Shown here: in pieces, positions 41,311 through 54,560 of the stretch | How the letters are laid out: the number at the start of each line of letters is the position of its first letter | Position numbering within the stretch: position 1 is the stretch's first letter | From: Camelus ferus | Taxonomy: Eukaryota | Assembly: GCF_009834535.1 (NCBI RefSeq) | Contig: NC_045696.1 | Coordinates: 12,526,001 to 12,590,000 of the forward strand | Direction of reading: 5' to 3' | DNA: 64,000 bases | Translations under genes and position numbers: made by a program | Notes under the pieces: model-generated | What the model saw: only the letters and a program-made list of their open reading frames with translations | Told to the model about the DNA's origin: nothing | The model's database searches: none

Positions 41311-43079
41311 GAGACCAGAACGTCCCTTGCAACGTGTCACAGACAGCGTGCATGAGACGTGCTTGCAGAGTCTGGCAGCAACACCTCTGGGCGTTCTTGC
41401 TGCTACGAGGTGGCCTGGAGAGCATGCCCACTTCAAATTCTGAGGATGAGGGGATGAACAGGCAGGCAGTAAACGTCAGGCCCACGCTGTCCCTAGAACA
41501 AGATCAGCCACTGTGTTTCCTGGCCGCTCCACTCCACAAAGCCCCATGTATCTTTGCCTCCTGCTCTCTCATCAGTGCAATAAAACACCAGGATGCTTTC
41601 ACACCTCACTTCAGGGGGCTCCAAGTGAGGGGAACTTGCTGTTCCCAAACCGGAAACCTGAGTATGCTAATATCCTTTCTAGAAACTCTGCTGACTGTGT
41701 TTGTTCCTAAAGAAAAGGATGAGCGAGGCAGGTGCAAAGGAAATAAAAGCCACAAACAGTCCAGATGGGAAAGTCAAAACTGGCAGACAGGTTTCCTTTC
41801 ATGTACTGATATTTCAAGACTCATGGAGTTTTAAATCTTACCTTTATAATAACTCCTCAGAATTCTCATCTCCCTTCCACATGTAAAACTGAGGAGCTGG
41901 GGAGGCTCAAGAGAGGCGACCCATAAACTCAGAAGTAGAAAGAGGCAAGAGGCCCAACTAATACACAGAAATTTCAGGAGGGGGAAGATTTTCTGTCCTC
42001 AGTGGAGTTTTATCTATTTATTATTAAATGTTTTTGAGGCTTTGGGGTCAAGGCCAGAGAAAAGATTTCAAATATCAGCCTCTTTTTTTTTTTTAATTTT
42101 TTTAGAAGTGTTGAAATCATGGCCTACTTGTATTTAAGTGGTTTTTCAGAGCTTAATTAGTTCAGAGAATGTTAAGAAAAAAAGAGGAAAAAAAAGATGA
42201 GCTGCGGTGTGATTCCGGGGCCAGCTCAGAAACACGCACCAACTTTAGAATAAAAGCTCGTAGGGAACACATGTTTCTTCTAAGGACCCTCAACAGCTGT
42301 TGAGAATTGCGTCATTCTCTACATACATCACTTGACTGCTCTCACAACTCAGCTAAATGGCTAAATTTACCAAACTCTGCATAATTTCTCAAGCCAGGTC
42401 TGCCAAAACTCTCAGAAGTTTCCATTGCTGATTGGAGTCTAGGCAGTCGTGTACACCCAGCATCCAAGAAGAGTTAAGAGGGAAACTCAAAAATAAGGAA
42501 TCACTTTCATGGAGAAACACAGTCAAAAGCAGGCTGGAGAGAGACACAGAAAAGTGAATTGCACTGTGTTCTTACTTATTTGGAGATACATGATTGGAGG
42601 GTCTGCAGATTGTTTTTTAGCTTCCCCAGATCCTTGTTGCAGGTGGAGAGCTCAGAATAGCAATGATTTGCCCACAAATTTGAGCCCTTTTTTATGCATT
42701 AATCCACGTTGTCACCTTCAATTTAGTATGTGTTCAACTTTCATTCTCAAAAAACTATTAGCTTAGCTGGTGGTCTGTATTATTTCCACATTTAAGCAAT
42801 AAAGCAGTGGGTTTTTTTTAAAAACCTGACTTTTTTTTTTTTTTGTTAGGTTTGTTGCCAGATCGCCCAAAAAGACAGCTGAAGTCTATTAAGTATGTTG
42901 ATCGCTATTATTGGGAAAAGGTGTTGGCAACCTTTCAGGGGGCTCAATGTTGCTGATGTATTTTTCTGACAATGGAGGGATGACATAAAATAGGAAAGGA
43001 ATGGGTCATAGCTCTGGACCTAGGCAGGGACCCCCCTCTCACTGTCATCCGTCTTCACATTGGTCAGGAAGATGAGCCC

Positions 43080-43290
43080 TGACGTACGTCATATATGAAA
43101 GCTGTTAAGAAAATAAATCCTAAGAGCTCTCATCACAAGGGAAAAATATTTTTTGAATTTATTTGATTTTGTATGAGTTGATGGCTGGTCACTAAACTTA
43201 TTGCTTTGATCATTTTGTGATGTATGTAAGTCAAATCATTATGCTGCCCACCTCAAATTTATACAGTGTTTGTATGTCAGTAAGGGCTTG
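43080..43290 (+). mobile_element. L1MA-like 3' fragment
   Basis: aagtcaaatcattatgctgcccacctcaaatttatacagtg. Confidence 0.7.
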
Positions 43291-43299
43291 ATAAAACCG

Positions 43300-43591
43300 A
43301 AGGACAAGAGAGAGCTGAGTATCTCTTCCTGGTGTAAATGCCAGCTGGGCCACTTAAACCTCATCAGTTCCTGTCATTTAGGTCTGCCTTTCAGAAAACT
43401 CTCTGTGACACAGGAAACAGTCACCTGGAGAGGCCAGGAGCCTAGGCACCAAAACAGGAGGACCCAGGACCCAGGAAAATCCTCCAGAGATGACCATGAC
43501 CCCCAACACCCTGCAGTAGAGGCATTTCTCACCCTGTAACAGTGCACAAACTGACTGTCACAGGTAGGGTCACTCATTCCATGGAAGTCAC
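43300..43591 (-). pseudogene. TSR exon relic
   Basis: gctctag acceptor. PWNE*(fs)PTCD...VRN(fs)YCRVL...SSLEDFP (cf. PWSACSTTCG..VREVKCRVL and QSVADLP). Confidence 0.6.
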
Positions 43592-43959
43592 CTAGAGCAC
43601 AGGCACTTGGGGGGCACCTGGATTTACCATGGGGACACAGCAGGCCGTACTGCTGCCCTCACGGAGCTTGGGCCCTAGTGATTTTAATGCACCTTGCTTT
43701 CAATTAGTTTTCCCTGATAGAATTATCAGGAAATGACCAGTTTGATGGGCTATGACCACATTGAGAACATTAGCTACCTCCTGAAATGTTCCCGCACTAG
43801 GTCGTAAACCACGATTGAAACATAAGCAAAGGTCTCCTTTTCCTGAAGCTAATGCGCACTTAAACTGAGACCGGAGAAAGGGCCTGAGTTAGGCATTCAC
43901 AGACACTCTCTTGAGAAATTAGGAAAAGGAGCAAAGGTAAGTTGACGTGCACGTTTTAT

Positions 43960-44027
43960 TACTCCATCTTGAAGACCTAAATAGCTTCCTCCCTCTTCAT
44001 TTTCAGTTGCTGAACCACAGCATCTCC
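43960..44027 (-). pseudogene. Linker exon relic
   Basis: Pyrimidine tract plus cag. MLWF(fs)ATENEEG (cf. LPWFKQAQELEEG). Confidence 0.55.
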
Positions 44028-44409
44028 CTGTTTGGCAGGAATGAAGAAAACAGGCCATTCTGATTTTTGTTTTTCCCACTGAGAATATGGACGTGGTCAC
44101 TCCGCTATTATAGGAAGGATTTATGAGGACATTTCAAACACAACTAATTAAAGAAGGGTTTCCTGAAATTGGTATGTCTGTATTTAGCTACAATTAGAAG
44201 GAACTAAATATAAAATGCTACAGATGAAAATAAACAGAATTACTCAGAAGAGAGGAGGGAGAAGTTTAAGCAAATGTTAACAAGTTCTGAGCAAAATGGG
44301 AGCCGTCTTCTCCATAGCATTCTTTTTTAAGCCTTGTCAGTTGGTAGAAATCTAAGTCCTCAATTTTGAAAACAATTCTATGAGCAAAAAGCTGATCTGT
44401 CACACTCTG

Positions 44410-44615
44410 GAACTGGTCACAGTCTAAACTTTCTGCAATGATGGAAATGGTCTATATCTGTGATAAGGTGGCCAATAGCCATGTGTGAAATTCAATGAAA
44501 GTCACTGAAATTCAACAGAACTAACAATTCAGTTCCTGAGTCGTAGTGGCCACATTCTAAGTGCTTAATAGCCACGTGGGTGAGTGGCTACCATTTTGGG
44601 GCAGCACAGTCTAGA
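44410..44615. mobile_element. MER3-like relic
   Basis: aactttctgcaatgatggaaatg...agtggctaccattttggggcagcacag. Confidence 0.7.
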
Positions 44616-44854
44616 ATCTAGGAAAGATGTTTATGTGAGAACTGAATATACATATTCAAAGCTTGCCAAGTGAGGGTGGAAATGGAAAATGTTTCCAAAA
44701 AAACTTCTGTGGAGCATGAGAAGAAAGGTCCACTTTGTATCATCTGGAGGAATTTTCCCTCTTTTCATCACGTTTCAGCCAATAATTAAAACAAGTCAGC
44801 AGAAATGTTGATCCCAATGCCTCGGACAAATTCTCAAGTCTTCCCTGGAAAAGT

Positions 44855-45035
44855 CTCTTGATACGGTTTTACACAACCTGCCCATAGAAAGTACGCTTTC
44901 CAAGCACCCAGTGTATGTTTTTCGTGTGAATTCACTTCGCTGGTCCTTTGAGTATATTTAAAATGGAAATTCTCCCTACATAAAGCATATCTATATCTTA
45001 GTAACCACACCTCCCAAGCTCGTTCCATGAAGCAG
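44855..45035 (-). pseudogene. TSR exon relic
   Basis: CG(fs)LRYRYALC...CVKPY (cf. CGQGLRYRVVLC...CYKPK). Visible in ORF 44834..45028. Confidence 0.65.
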
Positions 45036-45879
45036 GTTTCTCTATTTAGTTTTGTCTATTTCTGCAACTCAGACCACACAATAAGATTTCCAAACTGGCA
45101 AGAAAGATAAAAATAGACAAAGCCCTTTACTGAGCAGGTAAGCCTCTGGAAATATCTTTACTTCCCTATGAGAGCTGACACAAAGCAGGAACTCAGTTGA
45201 CCTCAGGTCAAGATGTGAAGACTAACCACAGATTTCTGCCCACTTTTCAGGCAATGGGTACCATAGTCCACACATGGATGGTGGAGTTGATTCATGAATT
45301 AATTCATACAAAGTATATAAAGTGTAGTTTGAGTGGATTTTGTATGACTGAAGAGATCTCCTTAACCAGCTTCAGTTTCATGCTCAAGGTCATCACTCCT
45401 ATGATATTCTTATAATCTCAGAATTAAAGTGAAGCCAGAAGTTATCAAAAGCATCCTTCCATATCTGCCTGCCCCAGAAGTTCCTGGAAATGATTTGCTT
45501 TACTTTTCTGGGGTCTGTTCCAGTCTGGAAAGATGGTAAACAGTCTAGCAGGTCAGTCCCCTTCAAGGAAATCCCTTCAAGAAGAAAAACAGTCCGGGGC
45601 CAACCAGGGTTCAGTCTGCCTCAGGTAGTCTTGAGGAGATCCTGTCTGGGGATTTCCACAAACCCATTATCATTATCGACATCTGGACCATTTTCAACCA
45701 GAGATTAGACATTGGCCTTGGGTGAACTGTATTTGGAACTTGCATCCGTGAAACCTGACTGCTGATAAACATATTAATAAGCACGTCACCTTTTTGAAAA
45801 TTGTTTAATGCATTTTGTTACCTACAGGGCACTAATTATAAATGCTTGTTTATGTGACCTCTAATAAAGTTACTAATGT

Positions 45880-46060
45880 GGTGTACATACTCCCTAAGCT
45901 GGTTGTTTGGTTAACAGATGCATCCTTTACCTCCAAGGTACCTGAGGAGTATTTGTTCCTTTACCTTCACACTTACTGGATCAGTCTCAAAACAAACGCA
46001 GTCCCAAATCCAAACCCTATTCCTAAGGTTGGGCCAAAACAGATGGGCCCCACGGGAAGC
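45880..46060 (-). pseudogene. TSR exon relic
   Basis: PWGPS..(fs)NRVWIWDCVCFETD (cf. PWTACS..GGIQSRAVSCVEED). Confidence 0.45.
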
Positions 46061-46289
46061 AATGAGAAAAATTAAATGTGCCCAGGCCAACACTATAATT
46101 AAACTCGCCTCCAATGTTAAGCACAGGATTTTGCCTCAAAAAAAGATGACACAGGGTCATGCTTGTGATGTATTTGAATCATAGAAGCATTTAATCGGGG
46201 GGAGGGGAAGATGAGGGAGGGCAACATGCCCATAGAAGAGTTCAAACTTAATGCAGGGAGCCTTCCTCAGAGGGTCAGCGAGCCCAGGT

Positions 46290-46495
46290 TTAGATGTTGG
46301 CAAACTGTGTACAGCCAAATCTTCCCCCTGCTTTTATAAATAAAGTTTTATTGGAACACAGCCACACCAGCCAGTGTACCTATTGTCCGTGGCTGCTCTC
46401 AGGTACAATGGGCAGAGCTGTGATAGAGGCCATGTGGCCCCAAAAGTTGAAAATATTTACTGCCTGGACCTGAAGAGAAAAAGTTTGCAGATCTG
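46290..46495. mobile_element. MER58A
   Basis: ttttataaataaagttttattggaacacagccac. Confidence 0.8.
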
Positions 46496-46589
46496 GCTTT
46501 TAGAGTTTCAGATTTTGCTTTTAAAAAAAATGGTCATTATTGGAGTTTCTGAAGCAATTACTTTTTCTGGTTAAAAAAATGAACAAGGG

Positions 46590-46750
46590 GGCACAGAGAA
46601 CTCTTCAATATCTTGTAGTAACCTTTAACGAAAAAGAATGTGAAAACGAATATATGTATGTGTATGTATGACTGAGACATTATGCTGTACACCAGAAATT
46701 GAAGCAACATTGTAAACTGACCATATATGAATTTAAAAAAAAAAAAAAAG
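46590..46750 (+). mobile_element. Young L1 3' end (camelid-like)
   Basis: tgctgtacaccagaaattgaagcaacattgtaaactgac plus poly(A). Confidence 0.8.
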
Positions 46751-47759
46751 AATGAGGGCGAAAACTGAACTGTGTCTGTATGTCCGTCACAGAGTCACAC
46801 GTGTGCTTCAGTCCAAAAGGCACCCTCTGTCTCATCACTTTGTTGTCATAAGTTCTGAGAATAATTCTTTCTTTGTTAACATTTGGTAAACTTATCTTTA
46901 GGAACTTGAAAGAAGGATGGGAACATCTCTGCAGTTTAATTTCCAAATAGAGTGAAATCTAACCTCGGGATTCTCCAAGTGGGTAGCTAGAATAACAATG
47001 TATCGCCTAGAGGCTTTTCAAGGCGATGCTGTTGATTGGGACCTTGTAGTGCAGGCCATGGCAGTGAACTTGAAAAACAGGCATATTGGCCTGTCCAAGT
47101 TTTCACCATAAATAATCATTTTTAAAAGGGTTCCGGTAACTTACCCACTGGGGAAAAAAAAAAAAGGAGAGCGGGGCAAGGATGCAGTGGTTTGTCACTA
47201 AAACCACCATGTGTAATGTCATGCTGCCCTCTGCAGTATTTCGATATTTTTCACCCAAACACGGGAATTTTAATGAGCTCTATAGACACGTGGCCATTCT
47301 ATTGAGGAAGAAAAGTTTTGCGCACACAACAGTAAGAGGAAGTTTTAGACCAGTATTTTCTCTTTTATCACGATCCCCATTCCTCCCCACCTACACGCCA
47401 CCATTTTTAAGTTTGCTCTATTTCCTGGTGATGCTTTCATACGCATAGTGACATTAAATATGGACATGAATGAACATGCTGTTCCTGCTTAAGGTGCCCT
47501 GTTCAAAAATGCTGTGGTTTGGTTTCCACTCACACCCTTGCAAGTGCCAAGTGGGTAGCAACGGTGGGATATGGTGACAGCAGGGGTGACATCCTAACTC
47601 CAGGAAAGCCTGTTTAAAAAAAAAAAAAAAACTTCAGAAACTTGAGGGCAAAAGAAATTTAAGGGGAGTGTTAGCTTCAGGAGCACGTACACTAAAATTA
47701 GACCGATGCGAGAAGATGAGCAAGGATGAGGCACAAACTCCCAAAGTGTTCCATGTTAA

Positions 47760-47792
47760 TAGGTAGGTAGGTAGATAGATAAATAGATAGAT

Positions 47793-47843
<51 letters not shown>

Positions 47844-47876
47844 GCAGGCAGGCAGGCAGGCAGGCAGGCAGATAGA
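47760..47876. repeat. Compound (TAGG)(GATA)n(GGCA)n microsatellite
   Basis: Direct reading. Confidence 0.95.
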
Positions 47877-47887
47877 TTCTAAGGGGA

Positions 47888-48430
47888 TGTATCTGTTTGC
47901 TGAGGCTGCTGTAACAAGGTACCACAGACTCGGCCACTTAAACCACAGAGAATTCTTGTCTCACATTTCACGAGGCTGGAAGCCCAGATCAAAGTGTCGG
48001 CGGGTTTGGTTTCTTTCCAGATCCTCTTCCCTTGGCTTGTTGATGGTCGTCTCCCAGAGTCTTCACATGGTCTCCCTTCTGTGTGTTGGTGCCCTAATGT
48101 CTTCTTATAAGGACACCGGTCATTAGATGAGGGCCCATCCTGGTGGCCTCATTTAACCTGAATTACCTCTTAAAGACCCTATTTCCAAAACTATAATGGA
48201 AAAGAATCTGAAAAAAAAAAAAATATATATATATATATATATGTATATATTATGTGTAACTGAATCACTTTGCTGCCCACTTGAAACTAACATTGTAAAT
48301 CAATTACACTTCAACGACAAACAAAATTTTAAAAAGACCCTGACTCCAAATACAGTTATATTCTGAGGTGCTGGGGGCAAGGAATTCTACATCTCAGTGG
48401 GGAGGGGAGAGGACACAATTTAGTCCGTAA
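47888..48430 (-). mobile_element. MLT1B-like LTR with short L1 insertion (48190-48332)
   Basis: Imperfect TSD aaagaccct(att/gac)tccaaa at 48172 and 48333. Confidence 0.8.
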
Positions 48431-48659
48431 CAGAAATAAGTTAAAGTACTTGCTTCTAATGTTTGGATCTAAAATGAATAGAATACAATAAGGAATGGCG
48501 TTAGGATGCCCAGAAAGAAAAAATGGAATAAGGGAGTGAGGGAAAGAAGGGAGGGAGGGAAGGAGGAAGGAAGGGACGGAGGGAGGGAGGGAGAGAGGGA
48601 GGGAGGCATCTTCCACTAAAGCATTGGCCTGATATTTCATCGTTTAGCTCCTCTGTACC

Positions 48660-48804
48660 ACGGTAGTAAAGGACTGTTCTACGTATTCCCTTATCTGTTA
48701 TTTCTCTCAATAAATGGAACAGCAGCCTCTGTTTTGTTACGATCTCTGCTATACATGAGGCTTGGACTGGGTAGTTTACACACACTATCTTATTTGATAA
48801 TCAC
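48660..48804 (-). pseudogene. TSR exon relic
   Basis: YQIR*CV...CCSIY*EK..IREY (cf. YQLNSAECV...YCHYYPEN..LKEC). Confidence 0.35.
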
Positions 48805-49027
48805 CTTTGCAAAACTCTTCAACCACCAAGTGCATTTTCAGAGAGCTATTTTATACAAAAATGGTTATAAAATACGTAAACCATATAAACCATATTTGTA
48901 ACCATTCTGTTTTATGCTTTTAGGGAAAAGCTATAGGCAGGAAATCAAAAAGAGTAAATTATGAGCTGAACAGTTTTATGTTTGTTGTTTCGGTCTTGCA
49001 GCAGTTGATACATTCTGGTGTGAGGAT

Positions 49028-49110
49028 TTTATATGTCACCTGGCACGCTGCTTAGGTGCTTTTCACTGATAATTTTGAATCATAAAATGCACAGAGTCAC
49101 TGACAATACA
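49028..49110 (-). pseudogene. Spacer-end/TSR2 exon relic
   Basis: DSVHFMIQNYQ*KA(fs)CQVTY (cf. DSVVQFFFYQPISHQWRQ...CTVTC). Confidence 0.45.
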
Positions 49111-50214
49111 AACTTTAGCTCCCATCTAATACTCCCAGACAATAAATGAAGGATACCTAAAGCAGCCACTATCAGCAACAACAAAATCTATTTTGTATTT
49201 ATGGGAAAAGCACAAATAAAGAATAATTGCTCCTTACAAGCATAATTCCAATTGTTGCTACAAATGGGAAACACGTGTGATTATAGGCGTTCCACTTAGC
49301 TTACAAGATGGCCCCTTTGGGTGTGAACGTCTTGTGGGGTAATACTGTCCCTCTGGTGTTCTATGCGAAGTATTGCACATCTAGTTCTGCAGAGTCCCCT
49401 GGATGAGTGAGCTCTTAACAATATTCCTGGTCCCCTTTTATTCATTTTGTTACTCCCCAGGTCTCTGGCAGATACAGAATCTGAGACGTACATATGGACA
49501 CTGTGGAATCCTCATGTCATTTAAACTTCATAGATGACGTTCCCGGCCAGGAGGAGACTGCTCTGGCTCCGCGATTTAGAGGTTCAGTTCTGGTTTTTTC
49601 CCGGCTATGCCCCTTCCTACAGATCAAGGGGTCCTGGGGCGCGCCCAAACCCTAGCCCTTGTCTTCCTGCTACTCGCCCCGATCTCACCTCCACCACCAG
49701 CTCCACTTTCTTGCATCCTAGCGATGCAGTGATGCTCTCATTTCACCTGAGGCTTTAATGAACAGTAGCATGATCCCGCTTCCCACATATCATTTGCATT
49801 AGAGCAGCTTCCCGAAATATCATGACACACCTCTTCCTAGCAACGGTAACGAAAGGGAATTTTAAGATACGTAAAGAGACCCATAGGGTAACTTTTCTCA
49901 CCCCTTCAAATTATCCATGGTGTCCGCAAGGACCCGGGAGCATTTTCCAAACCTTAGACCTCTGCTGCCACCTTCAGGAAGTCTGTCATAACAGCATATT
50001 CTACCGCGGCTGTTTACTTCATCAAAAAATGTTACATAAAGTTTGTTATCCAAGACGAGTAAGTCCTAGAGAGCTGCTGCAGGACACCGTGCCAATAGTT
50101 AACAGTGCTGCACTGTGCACGTCAATACACGTGGAGAGGGTAGATCTCATGTTGATTGTTCTTACAATAAAAACATAAAAGTTATTTGAAATAGAGGGAG
50201 AGAGAGGGATGGTG

Positions 50215-50292
50215 GGGAAGGAGGAAGGAAGGAAGGAAGGAAGGAAGGAAGGAAGGAAGGAAGGAAGGAAGGAAGGAAGGAAGGAAGGAAGG
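50215..50292. repeat. (GGAA)n microsatellite
   Basis: Direct reading. Confidence 0.95.
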
Positions 50293-50559
50293 GCAGGCTA
50301 GCTACCAGGAGTAACGTATCTGAATCTTGTAACAGAGCCAGCTAAGAAAGGAGTGGCTGTCATCCACTTTATGATATTTCATAAATCTTGTAACACTTTT
50401 TATCAAATACTAGAATCAATCAAATAACAAAATAAGAAAAATACCTAACACTACATCTATAAGGTATATATATAATAATAAGTAATAAAAGCAGATAAAG
50501 TCATGTTTTTAATATAGTAAAACTATATGCTATAAATAATATATACACATCCTACAGTT

Positions 50560-50815
50560 AGAACAGCTGGCACTTAGCATAGTACTTAGTCTGTGGCCAG
50601 CACGGTTCTCTGTAGTTTATCATTGTTACCATGTTTACACCTTTAATTGTCTCAACAACTCCATGGAGTGGATACTATTATTACCTCTATTTTACAGAGA
50701 AGGAAACTGAGATTCCGAGAAACTCTCATGTCTAAAGTTTCTCAGCTAGTGTGCGGCGGAGCTTAGATTTGAGCCCTGTCTGTCTGTCTTCAAAGTCAAC
50801 TTTCCTCGCCACACA
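50560..50815 (-). mobile_element. MIR
   Basis: ctattattacctctattttacagagaaggaaactgag. Confidence 0.8.
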
Positions 50816-50929
50816 GTGAGCGCCTGTGAGTTCAGTAAGCTGGATGATAACGAGAAAGCATGATGCTGTGGAATTAAGAAAAATTAGATCCAGTGTCACC
50901 CCTGCGTTCAGTCACAAGTACTGCTGGGG

Positions 50930-51900
50930 TACATGAGAGAAGCGAGGGCCTTGCTCAGCAGCGCATACACTAGCATGAAGAAGAGCAACAGAAAATAGGT
51001 ATTTTTTTAGAAAGGGTATATGTGTGATAAGTATTGCTTATAACATACATAAGCCATGTTGAAAGTCAAAATAGGGCGACGTGACAGAAAGTGACCGAGA
51101 AGCTGTTTTATATTGGGTGGTCAGAAAAGAGATGATATTAAACTAGAGCCAATCAGAAAAAAAAAAATTTTTCCCAAATTTTCCAAATACTTTTTTTTAA
51201 ATTTTTTAAAATTGAAGAATAGTCAGTTTACAATGTTGTGTCAATTCCTCATGTACAGCACAATGTTTTAGTCATACGTATACATACATATATAACAAAG
51301 ATCAGGGAGGGAATAAGTAAGAGATTTTTTTTAAATAGAAGAAAATCAATCAAACCAAGAGCTGCTTTTGTGAAAGAGTGAAAAAAAATTTTTAATATAT
51401 CTGTAAGAAGTTCTATGGAGTTAGAGCATTTCAGAGAGACGTAAGAGCTGGTTAGAGAAGCATCTGACATGCTTGAAGAGCACAGACAAGTCCTACTGTC
51501 AGGAGTGAAAAAGGAAGGGAGAGGGTGGAGGACAGAGGTCTGAGCCCCAGGCATGGCTGCACAGAGGAGGGCTTGATAAACCAGGACCATGCATGGGGAT
51601 TTTGTAGTGGGTTGGAAGAGAAGCCTGTGGAAGGCTTTAAGCCTACTAAAAGAAGATCACTCTGGCTGCTCTATGGAGAAAGGGGGTGAAGGAGCAGAAA
51701 AGAGAAGGGAGCAGGATACCCAGTGAGAAATCAAGATGGGAAGATGCCTTCGACCAGTGGTAATGGGGGTTCACGCTTTCAGAGGGACGCGTTGCAAGCA
51801 TTGCGTATGTACATTGTGGCAGTGGAGTCACCAGCTGTAACAGGCTTTCAGTATGGAAGGCGAGCATGAAGAGACGACCTGAAAATAATGCTCAGATGTG
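50930..51900 (-). mobile_element. L2 fragments with a short young L1 3' end (~51190-51295)
   Basis: aagatcactctggctgctctatggagaa (L2); attgaagaatagtcagtttacaatgttgtg (L1). Confidence 0.6.
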
Positions 51901-52199
51901 GGGAGTTGTGATGGCCTGGTGAGGAGGCGCTTTATGGGCGAAGGGGAGTAAATCTAGCACTATGTTGCAAGACCCCGATGGGAAGCCCATGATGTCTTTC
52001 AGATTGTGTGACTGTAGTTAAGCTGTTGAAACTTGCTGAGCGCCACTGGAATCACCTGTAAACATGCTGGAGTAGACCCCTCTGCAGCTCTCTCTGAGTC
52101 TACATGGGATCCACTACAGTTTGCAGAGAATGTCTTTAAACCTTCCAGACCCACGGGAAATGATGAAAATATACATTAGCATATTTTGGATGATCCTGT

Positions 52200-52285
52200 G
52201 AGAAAGAGAGAAAAAGGAAGGAAGGAAGGAAGGAAGGAAGGAAGGAAGGAAGGAAGGAAGGAGAAAGAAAGAAAGATAGAAAGAT

Positions 52286-52361
<76 letters not shown>

Positions 52362-52452
52362 AGAAAGAAAGAAAGAAAGAAAAGGAAGGAAGGAAGAAAA
52401 GAAAGGAAGGAAGGAAGAAGGAGGGAAGGAAGAAGGAGGGAAGGAGGGAAGA
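52200..52452. repeat. (GGAA)n/(GAAA)n polypurine tract
   Basis: Direct reading; source of the F/S/L-rich spurious ORFs. Confidence 0.95.
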
Positions 52453-52719
52453 AACACACACACAATTGTATTTAACCTTCAAAGGAAATGTCTAGAAATG
52501 TCCAGGAGTGAAGATGAATTTGCATTCTGGAGTCCCAATACTCCTACCTCATTACTGCTTTAAAATGAATTTTATGTTATGTAATTCTGAAAACTTCGAA
52601 GGGAAAATTCCTCTGGACAGTAAGACTACCGTCCGCTTGTGGAGGAGCAGATGCTTTCAGTGAACGCTGTGGACTGGAGCAAGGTCTCTTCCACTTGTCG
52701 CTGCCATTCTTCTTCACAT

Positions 52720-52870
52720 CGGTTTCCACCAGGTGTTGGACCACTTGAGCTCAATTCTTTTCCTCGGGTTATTTTTAAAGGATTCTGCTGAGGTTTGAGG
52801 ATTACTGCTGGAACACCTGGGTTTCCTAAAGAAAATTCCAAAGAATCAAAAATATTCTGAACACAGTGAA
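52720..52870 (-). pseudogene. Spacer-domain exon relic
   Basis: EFSLGNPGVPAV...GP (cf. EHSFNSPGVFLV...GP). An alternate frame gives TSAESFKNNPRKRI (cf. SSVDFQKFPDKEI). Confidence 0.55.
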
Positions 52871-53333
52871 TTGGAAATAAAGAAATGGAAAGAAAAAGTC
52901 CATCCTCTGGGAAAACATGCAGAATTTTCAGTTCTGTGGAGCTAAGCTGCATTTACAACGTGGTCCCTCTTTCCACTGTCAGAGAGGTTTCAGGGTAGGG
53001 TGGGAATATTCCTGCCTTGCTCCTTAGAACTTCCATAGAATTTTTGTTTTCCAGTTTGCTTTCTCCAAAACTTGGAGGCAACTGAATTATTCACATGAAC
53101 AATCCACCAAATCATCTATTTTTGAGCAAATTGACCTAGATTTTTATAAATTCTGTTGTACATTAAGCACCATATGCTTGGTGACTTAATTTTAAGACTG
53201 AAGATCTGTTACTTTAGATTCCTGTTGCAGGGTTAATTCATGCACTCAGTTGTGGGCTCTCCAAGTTGGCTCCACGTTTTAAGGCTACTATTGTAGGATA
53301 TTCAGGCATTGGCCAAAAGGTTGAACTACCTAC

Positions 53334-53406
53334 CCGTTAAGGGTCCCTGAACCTAAAACCCAGAGTCTATGCCTCCATCAGAAACAAGGATATGATTTGT
53401 TTCTCA
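53334..53406 (-). pseudogene. Spacer-domain exon relic
   Basis: ETNHILVSDGGIDSGF*VQGPLT|gtaggt aligns without gaps to EENVIAVPLGSRSVRITVKGPAH. Confidence 0.65.
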
Positions 53407-53714
53407 ATAGTAAAAATGTGATCAGTATCTTTATAATCATAATAATAGATACTCATATAGTGCTTTATAAGTTCCACACCCATATTCTCACAAGAACACA
53501 CAAGGTAGATCCTGATTTGGTCTCATTTCTAGAGGAGGAAACTGAGGCAAAGTAGTTGAAATAACTTTCTCAAGGTCAGAGGTGCCTGCCTCCAGAGTCC
53601 ATTTTAAGATACCTGAAAATGTAAACCTGTTTCTTGGCATGAAGGACCCAAAATCAAAGTTCTACACAAAATATCTAATGGCCATGTCACCTTTTAAAAA
53701 GTTTAAGAGTCTAG

Positions 53715-54560
53715 AATGGCCAAAATCTGAAACATGGACCACTCCAAGTGCTAGCAAGATGTGAAGCAATAGGAAGTCTCGTTTATGGCTGATGGGAATA
53801 CAAAATGGTGCAACCTCTTTGGAAGACAGCTCGGTGGCTTCTTACAAAAGTAAACATACTCCTACCATATGATCCATCAATCATGCTCCTTGGTATTGAC
53901 ATGAAGGAGTTGAAGATGTACACCCACGCAAAAACCTGCTCAGGAATGTTTGTAGCAACTTTATTCATAATTGCCAAAACTTGAATGCAAACAAGAGGCC
54001 CTTCAGTAGGTGAATGGATAAACCGTGGTCTAGACAGACAATGGAATATTATTCAGCAATAAAAACAAATGAGCCCTTAAGCCATGAAAGGCATGGAGGA
54101 AATGTTAACACATACTACGAAGTGAGAGAAGCCAATCTGAAACAGCTCCCTACTGTGTAATTCCAACTATAGGGCTTTCTGGAAAAGGCAAAACTACAGA
54201 GACAGTAAAAAGATCAGTGGTTTCCAGGTCTAGGGGGCTTAGCAGGGGGAATAAATAGGTGGAGCACAGAGGGTTTTTAGGGCAGTGAAAGAGTCTGCAT
54301 AAAATTATAATGATGGATGTGTGTCGTTATACATTTGCCCAAACTCATAGGCTGTACAACACCAAGAGTGAGCCCTAAGGTAAACTATGGACTTTGGGCG
54401 ACTATGATGTATTAATGTAGGCTCGTCGATTACGACAAATGTGCCACTCTGGTGGGGGATGCGGATGACAGATGAGGCTATGATGTGTGGGGGCAGAGAG
54501 TACATGGGAAATCTTTTTTCTATCTATTTTGCTAAAACTACTCTAAAAAAATAAGTATTT
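53715..54560 (+). mobile_element. L1MB/MC-like 3' fragment
   Basis: caactttattcataattgccaaaac...caccaagagtgagccctaaggtaaactatggacttt. Confidence 0.9.

Noticed and set aside
41334..41834. 166-aa plus-strand ORF
   Set aside because: No recognisable homology or splice context; likely chance.
52114..52482. Three overlapping F/S/L-rich ORFs
   Set aside because: Translation of the GAAA/GGAA microsatellite.
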